DNA of 64,000 nucleotides from Candidatus Latescibacterota bacterium (GTDB taxonomy: Bacteria; Latescibacterota; UBA2968). The translations under genes were made by a program, and so were the position numbers. The stretch is from positions 7,968,001 through 8,032,000 of the forward strand of contig OZ240241.1 in assembly GCA_965198115.1 (NCBI GenBank), given 5' to 3'. This document shows, one piece after another, positions 53,719 through 63,550 of the stretch. The notes below the pieces were generated by a model that was given only the letters and a program-made list of their open reading frames with translations, searched no databases and was not told the DNA's origin. Within the stretch, counting starts at the first letter, position 1. Every line of letters starts with the position of its first letter.

Positions 53719-54183
53719 TCAGACATCTCGCAGGGCAACCTGAAGGCGCTCCATGCTTTCACGAGGCCATGTCTCGTCCCTGACGTAACCTTCGTCAAAT
53801 TGAGGGACCTCTGCAGGCAGCTCGAGCCAGGCGTGCTTGTCCTGCGTCCAGATGTGAGCCCCGATTTCGAGAACTCTCATGTCGTCCAAACTGCGAGACC
53901 TCAGCAGCGCGGTGGCGGGATGATTGGTCGCCGTTCTGTAGATAATGTCCTCGCAAGATTCGCACAGGTAGGCTGTTCGGCGGCCAACCAAAGTCGTTGC
54001 AAGTTCACCTTTTTCGAGATGAACGTCGGCCTCCAGGATGATGGTGGTGATCCCGAACGCGGAGCCGGTTCCCTTTTGACAGTCCGTGCAGTGGCACGCG
54101 TGCACGAAAAGAGGCGAGTTCCGAAGATGGTAACGCACCTCTCCACAGCCGCAGCCACCCGTGAACGGGCTGGTCTTGTTCAA
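53719..54183 (-). CDS. GFA (CENP-V-like) family protein
   Basis: Motifs GGCGCGEVRY, CHCTDCQK, CESC. Confidence 0.88.
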   Translation of the reverse strand: MNKTSPFTGGCGCGEVRYHLRNSPLFVHACHCTDCQKGTGSAFGITTIILEADVHLEKGELATTLVGRRTAYLCESCEDIIYRTATNHPATALLRSRSLDDMRVLEIGAHIWTQDKHAWLELPAEVPQFDEGYVRDETWPRESMERLQVALRDV

Positions 54184-54370
54184 CTGCTCCTCCGAGCTCG
54201 ATTTAACAACAGGCTATTGGGGGGACGCTGCTCTGATGTAGTTCCCCACTAATATGCACATACAAGGCTGTTCGGGTTGTTTTTCACACCCTTGGTTATC
54301 TTAGCGCAGGCGATTAGAAGGCTGACGTCAGATGACCGGCACTCCACGCGTCAGACACAGGGGAGATCGA

Positions 54371-55108
54371 ATGGCTGAATGGCTGCATCCGGATCGCCGC
54401 CTCGAGATCGAAGGCACGCGCAACGTGAGAGACCTCGGCGGCTATACGACCAAGGACGGCCGGTCGACGCGATGGAGGCGGTTCATCAGGGCTGATAACA
54501 TGGTCGGACTGTCGATTTCCAGTCAGACCGCTCTCCTCGACTATGGCGTGAAAACGATCGTCGATCTTCGGAGAACGAGCGAGACGGAGAAAACGCCGAA
54601 TGTGTTCGAGGATGCAAATAAGGCTGTATATCACCATCTTCCCCTGCGTGTGGACGGTGACCCGCCGGTCGAACCCTTGCCAGAAGACGCAGAGCGGTTC
54701 GAGAAGATGGCCCACAGCTATAGCGCAAACCTCGATGCGTTTCAAGACCGCGTCAAAAGTATCCTGCTGGCACTCTCGAACTCGGAACAGGGCGCGCTCT
54801 ACCACTGCCGCGTCGGAAAGGATCGAACTGGCATGATTTCTGCGCTTCTGCTGAGCCTCGCCGGCGTGCCCGATGATACGGTGGCAGAGGACTACGCTCT
54901 GAGTGCACGCTATCTTTTCGAGTACGATCCAGAGGATCCCGACGTGAAAACGTGGGAAGACTACCGACGTCTCTACAGTTCTCCGAAGACGATGCTGCTT
55001 GTCCTGGACCATCTCAACCGGACGTACGGAAGTGTCGAAGCATACGTCCGCGGTACAGGGCTGTCGGATGAGCCGATCGTCAAGCTGCGGGAATCGTTTT
55101 TGGCGTAA
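54371..55108 (+). CDS. Protein-tyrosine/serine phosphatase (Y_phosphatase3-like)
   Basis: Motifs NVRDLGGY, IVDLR, HCRVGKDRTG, DYALS. Confidence 0.9.
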   Translation: MAEWLHPDRRLEIEGTRNVRDLGGYTTKDGRSTRWRRFIRADNMVGLSISSQTALLDYGVKTIVDLRRTSETEKTPNVFEDANKAVYHHLPLRVDGDPPVEPLPEDAERFEKMAHSYSANLDAFQDRVKSILLALSNSEQGALYHCRVGKDRTGMISALLLSLAGVPDDTVAEDYALSARYLFEYDPEDPDVKTWEDYRRLYSSPKTMLLVLDHLNRTYGSVEAYVRGTGLSDEPIVKLRESFLA

Positions 55109-55200
55109 CAACCACAGAGGTCCGAGGGTTTCCGTCCTGAAGGGGCGGCTTATCTTAGCCCGGAGCGCCCGCCCGCCGAAGCTCTGCGAAGGTGGGTTAG
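55109..55200. repeat. Composite of REP-like hairpins
   Basis: CCGTCCTGAAGGGGCGG..TTAGCCCGG, CCCGCCGAAGCTCTGCGAAGGTGGG and ACCACAGAG. Confidence 0.5.
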
Positions 55201-55303
55201 CCGTGGAGTTGGAAGCGTGGGGGGCGCCGCGGTTTGGACGCGGAGAGATAGGGACAGAACCTTCCGGCGCACAATCACCCCACAGATCGCTTAGGGAGAT
55301 TCC

Positions 55304-56440
55304 TTGATGATTGAACAGGACGTGCAAGTAGAAACACGATTCCTCGTCAAGACCGAACCGTTCACCCAATGGATGACGGATGTGCTCGTGAGTCGCGGTT
55401 TTGATCATGAGGAAGCCTCTGAAGCGAGTGCTTGGTCTGCGCAGACGGCTGCCTACGAGGTGGAAACGCACGGTCCGAGGAAGCTGTTTCACCTCATGGA
55501 CAATGAGTTCGCCCGCAGCGGGAGCTGCGTGCCTCAGGCCAGCCACGAAGTCCTTCTGTCTTTCCCGTCGCTCGAGGTGTGGGACGGCCGAAGAAAGCTC
55601 GGCCCCGCGATTGCGAGGACAGCTCAGGCCCGTTCAGTAGAAATGGCCAGGTCGCAGGGAATGGGCATCGTTTTCGTCAGGGCGTGCAATCACTTCGGCT
55701 GGGGACCCGCCTACGCCCTTCAGCACCTTACGGACGACCTCCTCATCGGGAACCTTTGCCAGGGCGCCATTCCCATCGTTACTCCGATAGGCGGCTCGGA
55801 TGCGACGATCGGTTCGAACGCCATCGCGATTGCCCTGAACACAGGTATCGAGGAGTGCCCTGTCTTTATCTGGGATACGGGCACAGCGGCGATGAGCTGG
55901 GGCGAAGTGCAGAGACTCCTCATAGAAGACGGCCCTCTCCGCCCGGGCTGCACCGTCGATGCGAATGGTCAACCCGCTGTCAAGGCGAGCGATGCTGTGA
56001 GCCTGCTCCCCGCGGGCACGATCGGGAATGCGCTCGGCGTTCTGATCGAGCTGCTGGCCGCTAACGTGGGGGCGGGCGATCCGCACTATCGGCACGAGTC
56101 GCCCGGAGACTGTCCGGCTGGAGAGCCCAATACGTGTGTGTTTATCTTTTTCGCGCTCAATCTTTCTGTCTTCGACGCGTTGGATTTCCCTCACGGGCGT
56201 TCGAGGAAGGAGAACGTCACCAGCATGATCGAGGCGATTTTCAAAGACAACGGCAGTGCCCGCATCGTCGGTCTGAGGAAATGGCGGGCGAAGGAACGCT
56301 CAGACCAATACGGTGGCCTGCTCTTCGCGCCGGAATCGATCGAGGCTTTTCGTGAAGAAGCCGACGCTCGAGATGTCGCCTTTCCTGACGTAAGCGAGAT
56401 CGAGGTGTCTGTCGAACGGATCGACGTGGCGGGGAAGTAG
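55304..56440 (+). CDS. Ldh_2 family oxidoreductase
   Basis: Motifs THG, DG..KLG, NHFG, IGSNAI, DTGT. Confidence 0.75.
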   Translation: MMIEQDVQVETRFLVKTEPFTQWMTDVLVSRGFDHEEASEASAWSAQTAAYEVETHGPRKLFHLMDNEFARSGSCVPQASHEVLLSFPSLEVWDGRRKLGPAIARTAQARSVEMARSQGMGIVFVRACNHFGWGPAYALQHLTDDLLIGNLCQGAIPIVTPIGGSDATIGSNAIAIALNTGIEECPVFIWDTGTAAMSWGEVQRLLIEDGPLRPGCTVDANGQPAVKASDAVSLLPAGTIGNALGVLIELLAANVGAGDPHYRHESPGDCPAGEPNTCVFIFFALNLSVFDALDFPHGRSRKENVTSMIEAIFKDNGSARIVGLRKWRAKERSDQYGGLLFAPESIEAFREEADARDVAFPDVSEIEVSVERIDVAGK

Positions 56441-56561
56441 TCAGGTAGACGCTGGTTAACGGTGGCCAGTTGGCGGTCGGCCCCCTCGCATTCGCTCGGG
56501 GCAGGCTTAAAGACGGCTTTGCCCTTCGACATATGTCCAATCAAACAACAGGGACGGAACG

Positions 56562-57563
56562 ATGCGATATGTCATCTATGGAGCGGGAGGAATCGGTAGC
56601 ACCATGGGGGGACACCTCTGGAGGACGGGTCATCAGTCGATCCTGATCGGACGACCAGGACACGTAAACGCGATTAATCGATCCGGCCTCACACTCAACA
56701 CACCCCAGGACACTTACAACCTCGAGATACCCGCGGTAACTGCACCACAGGAGGTCGAGTGGACTCCGGACGATGTCGTCATGCTCTGCATGAAATCGCA
56801 GGATACCGAGCCGGCGTTAAGGGAACTCGTTGCATCTGTACCCGACCCAACTCAGATTCCCGTTTTCTGCGCCCAGAACAGCATCACGAACGAGCCAGCC
56901 GCAGCCCGCTATTTTGACCGGGTCTACGCTGTGATGGTGGGTTATACGGGAATCTACCTGGAGGATGGAACGATCTATAATCCAGTCGTGGGCAACGCTG
57001 GTTACATGGAGGTCGGGCTCTACCCGAGCGGGATGGACGAACTGGCGAAGCAAGTGGTTTCGGACCTTCGGGCTGCCAGTTTTGGGGTAAACGAAAACGC
57101 GTCGGTCATGTCGGCCAAAGGAATCAAGATGATCGGCAATCTGGGCAACGCATTGAGTGCCATATGTGATGGAAAGGGTGACACCAATCGCTACATGGAA
57201 AGAGCGCGTGACGAGGCTCGACGATGCCTCAGCGCAGCGGGAATACCTTTCGAAGAAGGGTCGGGGCTGTCCGACCGATCGAAGGCCGTTCGAGGCGTCA
57301 ACAGGTTACCTGAAAATGTGAGGAATCTAGGTTCGAGCTGGCAAAGCCTGGTTCGAAAACAGGGCTCGATCGAGGCCGATTTCCTAAACGGAGAAATCGT
57401 GAGACTCGGGAAATTGCACGGCATTGCGACCCCATTCAACCGGATGATCCAGGTTTTCGCGACGAAAATGGCTCGGGAAAGAGAAGCACCTGGGAAGTAT
57501 ACTGCTGACGAGGTCTACTCGATCGCTGAAGCAGCGAAAGAGGCAGAAGGTAGAGGACGGTAG
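56562..57563 (+). CDS. Ketopantoate reductase (PanE/ApbA) family protein
   Basis: Motifs YGAGGIG, MKSQDT, AQN, SSWQS..IEADFLNGEIV. Confidence 0.85.
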   Translation: MRYVIYGAGGIGSTMGGHLWRTGHQSILIGRPGHVNAINRSGLTLNTPQDTYNLEIPAVTAPQEVEWTPDDVVMLCMKSQDTEPALRELVASVPDPTQIPVFCAQNSITNEPAAARYFDRVYAVMVGYTGIYLEDGTIYNPVVGNAGYMEVGLYPSGMDELAKQVVSDLRAASFGVNENASVMSAKGIKMIGNLGNALSAICDGKGDTNRYMERARDEARRCLSAAGIPFEEGSGLSDRSKAVRGVNRLPENVRNLGSSWQSLVRKQGSIEADFLNGEIVRLGKLHGIATPFNRMIQVFATKMAREREAPGKYTADEVYSIAEAAKEAEGRGR

Positions 57564-57775
57564 ACGGTGGGACCGTAGCAAGGTCGGCAGTGGGCGGTAG
57601 GCGGACGACCACTTCGTTCTTTTACAGTTGCGAGAGCCTCTGCCGGTGGGAGCAGTCTCCCGACTACGAACAGATCACAGAAGTCAGAAGTCAGAAGTCA
57701 GAGGTCAGAGACGGCGGCTTCGCCAGAGCCCTACGGGTGGGAACCGGGTAGGAGCGACCTCCAGCCGCAAGAGCA
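57545..57775. repeat. Cluster of heptamer tandem repeats and REP-like hairpins between convergent genes
   Basis: (CAGAAGT)x3 CAGAGGT CAGAG at 57678-57710; GGTAGAC/GGTGGGAC-like units at 57548-57605; REP hairpins at 57645 and 57748. Confidence 0.65.
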
Positions 57776-57796
57776 GAAGACCGACGAAGAGAGGAT

Positions 57797-58588
57797 TCAA
57801 GCCAGCTCCAACAGACAACCGTCGTCGAGCGGCTCGAGCGGGGTGAAGTCGCGGTTGTTGTGATACCAGGCGCGTTCGGTGCCGGTGCAGGCATTGCTGA
57901 TGGCGTTATAGATGAGATACACGATCGCTCTACGCCAGGGCGAGACGTTGTTCGCTGAGCCGTGAACGACATTGCAGTGGACGAGACAGACGGTTCCAGC
58001 GTCGCCGGTGAGTGCTTCGATACCATTATCGTCAGCCAGTCGCTCGAAGTCTTCGCGACTGATGTGCTGCAGGGCATATTCTTTACCGATCGTGTCTTCG
58101 TGCGGCTTCGATTCGAGCAGCCCGTACCTGTGGGAAGCCGGGACGACGAGGAGAGGAGACTTGGCCACCGTGCAGTCATCGACGAACACGGTGGCCATAA
58201 TGCATTTAGGCTCAGGCATGCCGTCGATCGCGCGCCACGGCGGATAGTCCTGATGCCAGTCCCAGGCGGCGCCCTGGCCGAACCCCTGCTTGGGATTCAG
58301 GCGGCTTTGATGCAGATACACGTCGTCGTCCAACAACTGGCGGACAGGTTCAATCAGTCGCGGCAGAAGGCTCAGACGCCGGAATGGCTCGGAATAGGTG
58401 TGTGCGCCGAAGGCTAGGCGGAGCGCTGTGGGATCGTCACTCTCGTGGACGATCTCCAGTCCCGTTCGGGTGAAGACATCAGGCAGGGCCGCCTGCAGGG
58501 CTCCCACTTCCTCGGTCGAAAGCAGACCAGGGAAGACCAGGAAGCCACGGTCCTCGAATTCGTGCAGCTGTGCGTTGGTGAGTTTCAC
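57797..58588 (-). CDS. PhyH family dioxygenase (ectoine/proline hydroxylase-like)
   Basis: Motifs YLHQSRLNPK, WDWHQDY, DGMP, VHGSANN. Confidence 0.88.
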   Translation of the reverse strand: MKLTNAQLHEFEDRGFLVFPGLLSTEEVGALQAALPDVFTRTGLEIVHESDDPTALRLAFGAHTYSEPFRRLSLLPRLIEPVRQLLDDDVYLHQSRLNPKQGFGQGAAWDWHQDYPPWRAIDGMPEPKCIMATVFVDDCTVAKSPLLVVPASHRYGLLESKPHEDTIGKEYALQHISREDFERLADDNGIEALTGDAGTVCLVHCNVVHGSANNVSPWRRAIVYLIYNAISNACTGTERAWYHNNRDFTPLEPLDDGCLLELA

Positions 58589-58729
58589 GATGTCACCCGA
58601 TCGATGGTCTGTCAGGAAGGCGACGAGCGGATCCACGATCGGGCTCTTCCCGAGCAGAACTCGGTCCTACAAAGTCTCACAGGCGATCAATCGCGCACGA
58701 CGGATTCAGCGCGGCAGTGATCGCTCCTG

Positions 58730-59157
58730 CTACAGACTCTCCTTCTGCTCACGACGGGCTGCCAGGATGATGTAGGCGCCTACAATGATCATGAGCCAAA
58801 AGCCCGATACTGGTAGCAACATAACCCCCACGACCGCGTAGACCAAAAGGCCCATCCCACGAAAGCGGGTATCCGGCGATCGAGGGCTCTCTCCAGCCAG
58901 AAACAGAGCGAGCCCAGCACAAGCCAGGAGAATCCCGTCCACAGAAACCAGAACGCAGCCAGGCGACCGTAAACCTCGTTGAGAGTTTCGTGGAAGCCGT
59001 GGTCGAGAATCGAGGTCAGTGGGGACGGGGACGGAACGACTGCGTTGAGAACACCCGTCGAGACGATCTGGCTTATCGGTTCAGCGAAGATGACGAGGGC
59101 GACGAGCGTGTGAAGGATGCCAAGGGCAAGCAGTAGGTGTCCGATTATACGTGGCAT
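58730..59157 (-). CDS. DUF6463-like membrane protein; apparent frameshift ~58855
   Basis: LGILH, AAFWF, then P.SGFWL in the next frame. Confidence 0.6.
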
Positions 59158-59259
59158 TGGATATCCCGCAGCAACTGACTTCACACAGCATCCAACTGGT
59201 TCATCACGGTTGTACTGCGAAGGATCGGGCGTGGTGGGTGTTGCGTGCCCCTGAACGGC

Positions 59260-60495
59260 TCAGTCGCGTACGACGGCCTTGGGCGCCAGGGCCTTTCCTT
59301 TGTCGATCTGCTTTTGATTCGGAAACGGATCGGGATGGGTGATGGCGCCCGGCTCGCCGGCCCTCCAGACCGCGTCGGCGACGAGCAGGCGGTCAATCGG
59401 GCGCATCTGTCCGATCGTATCCTCGAGCTCCATGTCGGTCTCATCGAATGACAGGACGGCGACGTCCGCTTCGCGGCCGACTCCGAGAGTGCCGATTCGG
59501 TCGCCCCAACCAATGGCCTCGGCGGGTGCGATGGTCGATGCGCGGATGACGTCGGTCAGGGGCATGCCGAGGGCGATCATCTTCGTCATAACGGTCGGCA
59601 TGTCGTAGGCGGGGCCATCACACGTCAGCGTATGCATGTCGGTGCTGATGGCGTCCGGCCAGATGCCGGCTTCGATACAGATTTCGGCGACCTTGTAGTT
59701 GAACCCGCCCATGCCGTGGCCGACATCGAAGACAATTCCTCTGTCCTTCGCCGCAAGAGCGGCATCGTGGGCCTGGCCGGTCGAGGGATCGATGACCGTG
59801 GTTTCAAAGCCGTGGAAGCAGTGCGTATAGATGTCGCCCGTCCCCAGCGTTCCGGGACATTCCTCCAACGGCACGGTGGAAAAGCTGTGATGGGTCATCA
59901 GCGGGAGACCCAGCTTCTGTGCGGCGTCCTGTGACTGGCGATAGGCTTCGGGCTCGTTGCGGCCGTTATCGGCGATGGATGCGGACAGTCGAACCTTCAC
60001 GCCGATGACGATGTCTTCGTTTTCCCTCGCGCATTCGACACATCTTTCGCTGCTTATCAGCTTCATCGCCTCGAGCTCGCCGGGCTCATCGCCATCCGTG
60101 GATCTTCCGACGGCGAGACCGATGCGGGAGATGTTGAGAAAAGCCAGCAGACGCGTTCTAGCAGGCTCGACCGCGAACGTGCGATACCCGGGAAAGATGT
60201 CGTAGCCGGCGCTACCGGTGTCGACGGCCGTCGTCACACCACGACCGAGACAGAAGTAGTCGGCGTCGACACCGAGCGGCGTGACTCGGTTGTAGGTGTG
60301 GGTGTGGAGATCGACCAAGCCCGGCATCACCAACTTGCCACTGGCGTCGAACGCTTCCTCCGCCTGATCGACCTCGAGGTTCTCCCCCACTGCCGCGATC
60401 TTGCCATCGGCGATCGCCACATCAAGTGGCCCGTCGACTTCGTTGGCGGGGTCGATGACACGGCCGCCCTGTATGACCCAGTCGTACTTGCTCAT
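59260..60495 (-). CDS. Amidohydrolase/deacetylase (dihydroorotase-like) metallohydrolase
   Basis: Motifs PGLVDLHTH, GVTTAVDTGS, GVKVR, THCF, FDVGHG, ISTD. Confidence 0.88.
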   Translation of the reverse strand: MSKYDWVIQGGRVIDPANEVDGPLDVAIADGKIAAVGENLEVDQAEEAFDASGKLVMPGLVDLHTHTYNRVTPLGVDADYFCLGRGVTTAVDTGSAGYDIFPGYRTFAVEPARTRLLAFLNISRIGLAVGRSTDGDEPGELEAMKLISSERCVECARENEDIVIGVKVRLSASIADNGRNEPEAYRQSQDAAQKLGLPLMTHHSFSTVPLEECPGTLGTGDIYTHCFHGFETTVIDPSTGQAHDAALAAKDRGIVFDVGHGMGGFNYKVAEICIEAGIWPDAISTDMHTLTCDGPAYDMPTVMTKMIALGMPLTDVIRASTIAPAEAIGWGDRIGTLGVGREADVAVLSFDETDMELEDTIGQMRPIDRLLVADAVWRAGEPGAITHPDPFPNQKQIDKGKALAPKAVVRD

Positions 60496-60822
60496 AACCT
60501 CCTCGTGATGCCTTTCAAGAGCTCGACTTTGACGTGATGGATAAGGCCGGCTTTCGGTAGTATGTGCAGATGATCCGGCCCTGTCGAGAGGTGTTTGGCG
60601 ACGTGCTCTGTTTCCTAGTACATCACTTTCGCAAGCGTGGTGACCTTACTGGTGCGGTCACCGACTGATTACCCTGATTAGGCGATTCGTGAAATCACCT
60701 TTCGGAACGGGTGGGTGACGGCCTGAAATCGGCTGCTTGACCCCCTACCGCTTTCGTGTACTGTGTAGGGCGGTCCGCGAAAGCTAGTTAACCCATCCAG
60801 CAACTCTTTCCACGAGCGTTCC

Positions 60823-61560
60823 ATGTCAGAGACGACCCCTAGAAAGCTGGAGAAAGCCATGGCCAACATGCTTCCTCCGGAGGACAGTATGCTTTACGAC
60901 GGGTGGCTGCTTCGCTTCAACACTGGTACGAGCAGAAACCCTAATGCCGTTTGGCCAATCTACGCCGGTCACGATCCCGTCGAGGCCAAAGTCACTTTCT
61001 GTGAGAAGCAGTATGCGGACCGAGAACTCGTGTGTCACTTCAGGCTCACCGACGGGGAGGCGTGTGCCGAGATTGAAGACGTGCTCTTAAGCCGTGGCTA
61101 CGCGATCGACAACCCGAACCATCTCCTGACGATGGAGACGTTTCCAACCGAAGAGCCTGAGATCACGGAAGTCAACCTCGAAGGATGGCTCTCGACGATC
61201 CACGATGTCGATCCGGACCAGCATGACGACGCGATCACGATGAAGCGCGGGCCCCTTTCACGCATCACGTTGCCGGTGTGCTACGGTTTTGTCGAACACG
61301 AAGGCGCACCGTCCAGCTACGGGCGTGCGGTCCAGCAGGACGATCTGTATCAGCTCGCGGAACTGTGGACGACACCGACCCTCCGAAACCAGGGCCTCGG
61401 AACGCATCTGATTCAAGGGCTGTTGCATATTGGCAAGCGGGCAGGCGCTCGAACTCCTTTCCTCCCGGTTGCCGAATCGAATCCCGGGGCCAGAAGGCTT
61501 TACGAGCGGCTGGGGTTCAGTCGTGTATACGGATTCAAATACATGAGTCCACAAGACTGA
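60823..61560 (+). CDS. GNAT family N-acetyltransferase
   Basis: Motifs DGWLLRF, RNQGLG, NPGARRLYERLGF. Confidence 0.85.
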   Translation: MSETTPRKLEKAMANMLPPEDSMLYDGWLLRFNTGTSRNPNAVWPIYAGHDPVEAKVTFCEKQYADRELVCHFRLTDGEACAEIEDVLLSRGYAIDNPNHLLTMETFPTEEPEITEVNLEGWLSTIHDVDPDQHDDAITMKRGPLSRITLPVCYGFVEHEGAPSSYGRAVQQDDLYQLAELWTTPTLRNQGLGTHLIQGLLHIGKRAGARTPFLPVAESNPGARRLYERLGFSRVYGFKYMSPQD

Positions 61561-61650
61561 GACCCGTCAGACGACCAAGCTTACCCTTTCAGGTCACTCA
61601 AGACCGTGTTCCGGCCGGATGCGGGCCTGTTGTCCTGCCAGGAGGTGACT

Positions 61651-62751
61651 ATGAAAATCACAAATCTGACGACCACCCTGTTCGAGTGGCACATCGAACC
61701 GTGGAAGACGGGCAAACACCGCTTCGGCGGAGACATTCAACTGGGTGTGGTCACGGTGCATACCGATGAAGGAATCGAAGGACACGCTTTTCTGGGGTCG
61801 CCCAGCCAGGGGGCGGACGTTCTGGTAGGACCGTTGATGACCCTGGTCAAGCCCTTCCTCATAGGTCGAAATCCGCTGGACATCGGCGCTTTGTGGCAGG
61901 AAATGTGGGGGCAGCATCGGCACGTCTCATTGAGGGCCATCGGAGCGGTCGACGTGGCGCTCTGGGACCTGGCTGGCAAGGCGGCAGGTCTTCCGATTCA
62001 TCGTCTGCTTGGCACGTGCAAGAGAAGGGTTCCGGCTTACGCCAGTTCCGCATACCTGCCCACACCCGAAGCCTATGGTGAGGAAGCGCTGCGGTTCAAG
62101 TCACTCGGGTGGACCGCCTACAAGACGCACCCCCACGGGGTACCAAAGGAAGACATCGAGATCTGCCGGGCCATTCGTGAAGCCGTGGGCGACGACATGG
62201 TTCTCATGCTGGATGCCATGTGGGCATTCACCTACGAGGAGGCGGTCAGGGTCGGAAGAGCCGTTGAGGAACTCGACTACTTCTGGTATGAAGATCCACT
62301 CGCTGAAGAAGACATCTACAATTACACCAAACTTCGTCAGAAGCTGGATATCCCGCTGATGAACACGGAGTACGCGCCCGGTGGCTATTACGGAATGGCC
62401 CAGTGGGTACACCAGCAGGCAACCGACTTGTTACGGGGTGACGTCGCAGTGAACGGCGGCATCACCCCGATGATGCGGATCGCCCACCTGGCGGACGCCT
62501 TTCGGATGAAGTGCGAGCTGCACCACGGTGGCAACTCGCTCAACAATGTGGCCAACCTCCACGTCACGATGGCTATTCCCAACTGCGATTACTATGAAGT
62601 CTTCCCGGCTGACGGTGCCAACAAGTACGGCCTAGTCGAGGACATCGAGGTGGACAACGAGGGCATGGTCTACGCACCGGAGGGTCCGGGGCTGAGCTAC
62701 GAAATCGATTGGGACCTCGTCAGACGGGACACGCTGCAGGTGGTCGAATAA
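61651..62751 (+). CDS. Mandelate racemase/muconate lactonizing (enolase superfamily) enzyme
   Basis: Motifs GAVDVALWDLAGK, YASS, YKTH, MLD, WYEDP, GGIT. RBS GGAGG. Confidence 0.9.
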   Translation: MKITNLTTTLFEWHIEPWKTGKHRFGGDIQLGVVTVHTDEGIEGHAFLGSPSQGADVLVGPLMTLVKPFLIGRNPLDIGALWQEMWGQHRHVSLRAIGAVDVALWDLAGKAAGLPIHRLLGTCKRRVPAYASSAYLPTPEAYGEEALRFKSLGWTAYKTHPHGVPKEDIEICRAIREAVGDDMVLMLDAMWAFTYEEAVRVGRAVEELDYFWYEDPLAEEDIYNYTKLRQKLDIPLMNTEYAPGGYYGMAQWVHQQATDLLRGDVAVNGGITPMMRIAHLADAFRMKCELHHGGNSLNNVANLHVTMAIPNCDYYEVFPADGANKYGLVEDIEVDNEGMVYAPEGPGLSYEIDWDLVRRDTLQVVE

Positions 62752-62765
62752 CTTATAGGAACATC

Positions 62766-63515
62766 ATGACGCCTTCTGAACAAGCGATTGCTGAAATCGA
62801 TCTGTATGGCTTCACGCTGGTACCGGACGTTCTGACGCAGGGCCAGGTCGCGTCCATAAGAGACGTCCTGATCCGATGCGCGGAAGCAGCGGGCGAGGCA
62901 GATTATGTCAATCGCGGTGGCACGTCCTGCCTAGTCAGGAATCTACCGACCCTGGATCCGATCTTTTTCCCCATCATCGATCATCCGACGATCTTGCCGA
63001 TTCTGGAGCACTTCCTGGGTGAATCGCTGATCCTCGGCAGCCTCAGCTCACGCATCCTACGTCCCGGAGACGGCGAGCAGGACTTTCACAGCGACATTCC
63101 CGGCCACATGCTCAACCCGGCATCGCCGGTGATGATGAACACTGTTTGGATGCTGGAGGACTTCAGCCCGGAGAATGGCGGTACGCGGATCGTGCCAGGA
63201 TCACACAAGAGTGGCTTGGATGGACCACCGGCGGACATGGACGTGAAGCACATCTATCAGCCCGTCTGCGACGCGGGAAGCGTCCTTGTGTTCAACGGAC
63301 AGTGTTGGCACGCGGGCGGGGCGAACAACAGCGATCAGAATCGGTACGCCTTATTCGCGCACTATCGCAAATCGATGCTGATGTTCCAGCTCGATCCTCA
63401 CGACGGCTTTCCGGCGGCCTGGTTCGACCAGTTGACACCGCGACAAAAGGAACTGCTGCGTATGCAAGGTGGTCCGGGAGCCCTGCACGCGGCGGATATC
63501 CACGCCAGATCGTAG
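62766..63515 (+). CDS. PhyH family dioxygenase
   Basis: Motifs FHSD, NTVWMLEDF..ENGGTRIVPGSH, WHAGGAN. Confidence 0.88.
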   Translation: MTPSEQAIAEIDLYGFTLVPDVLTQGQVASIRDVLIRCAEAAGEADYVNRGGTSCLVRNLPTLDPIFFPIIDHPTILPILEHFLGESLILGSLSSRILRPGDGEQDFHSDIPGHMLNPASPVMMNTVWMLEDFSPENGGTRIVPGSHKSGLDGPPADMDVKHIYQPVCDAGSVLVFNGQCWHAGGANNSDQNRYALFAHYRKSMLMFQLDPHDGFPAAWFDQLTPRQKELLRMQGGPGALHAADIHARS

Positions 63516-63550
63516 ACGAGGATACACCGGACCTCGCGAAGGAACACACG

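Noticed and set aside
54314-55546. Long antisense ORFs (e.g. 54314..55546 -, 22667..23605 -, 47593..48528 +)
   Set aside because: They overlap well-supported genes on the other strand and lack motifs, as expected for shadow ORFs in GC-rich DNA.
1440-58900. Programmed frameshifting in the many split ORFs
   Set aside because: Shifts are scattered across unrelated families, often in short G/C runs, and differ between the two ISL3 copies. Sequencing indels or decay are simpler explanations.
60500-60820. Riboswitch or ncRNA in the divergent intergenic region
   Set aside because: Some hairpins (GGTGACC/GGTCACC) and a weak TTGACC-16-TACTGT promoter are present, but I recognise no RNA family. An Infernal/Rfam scan would decide.
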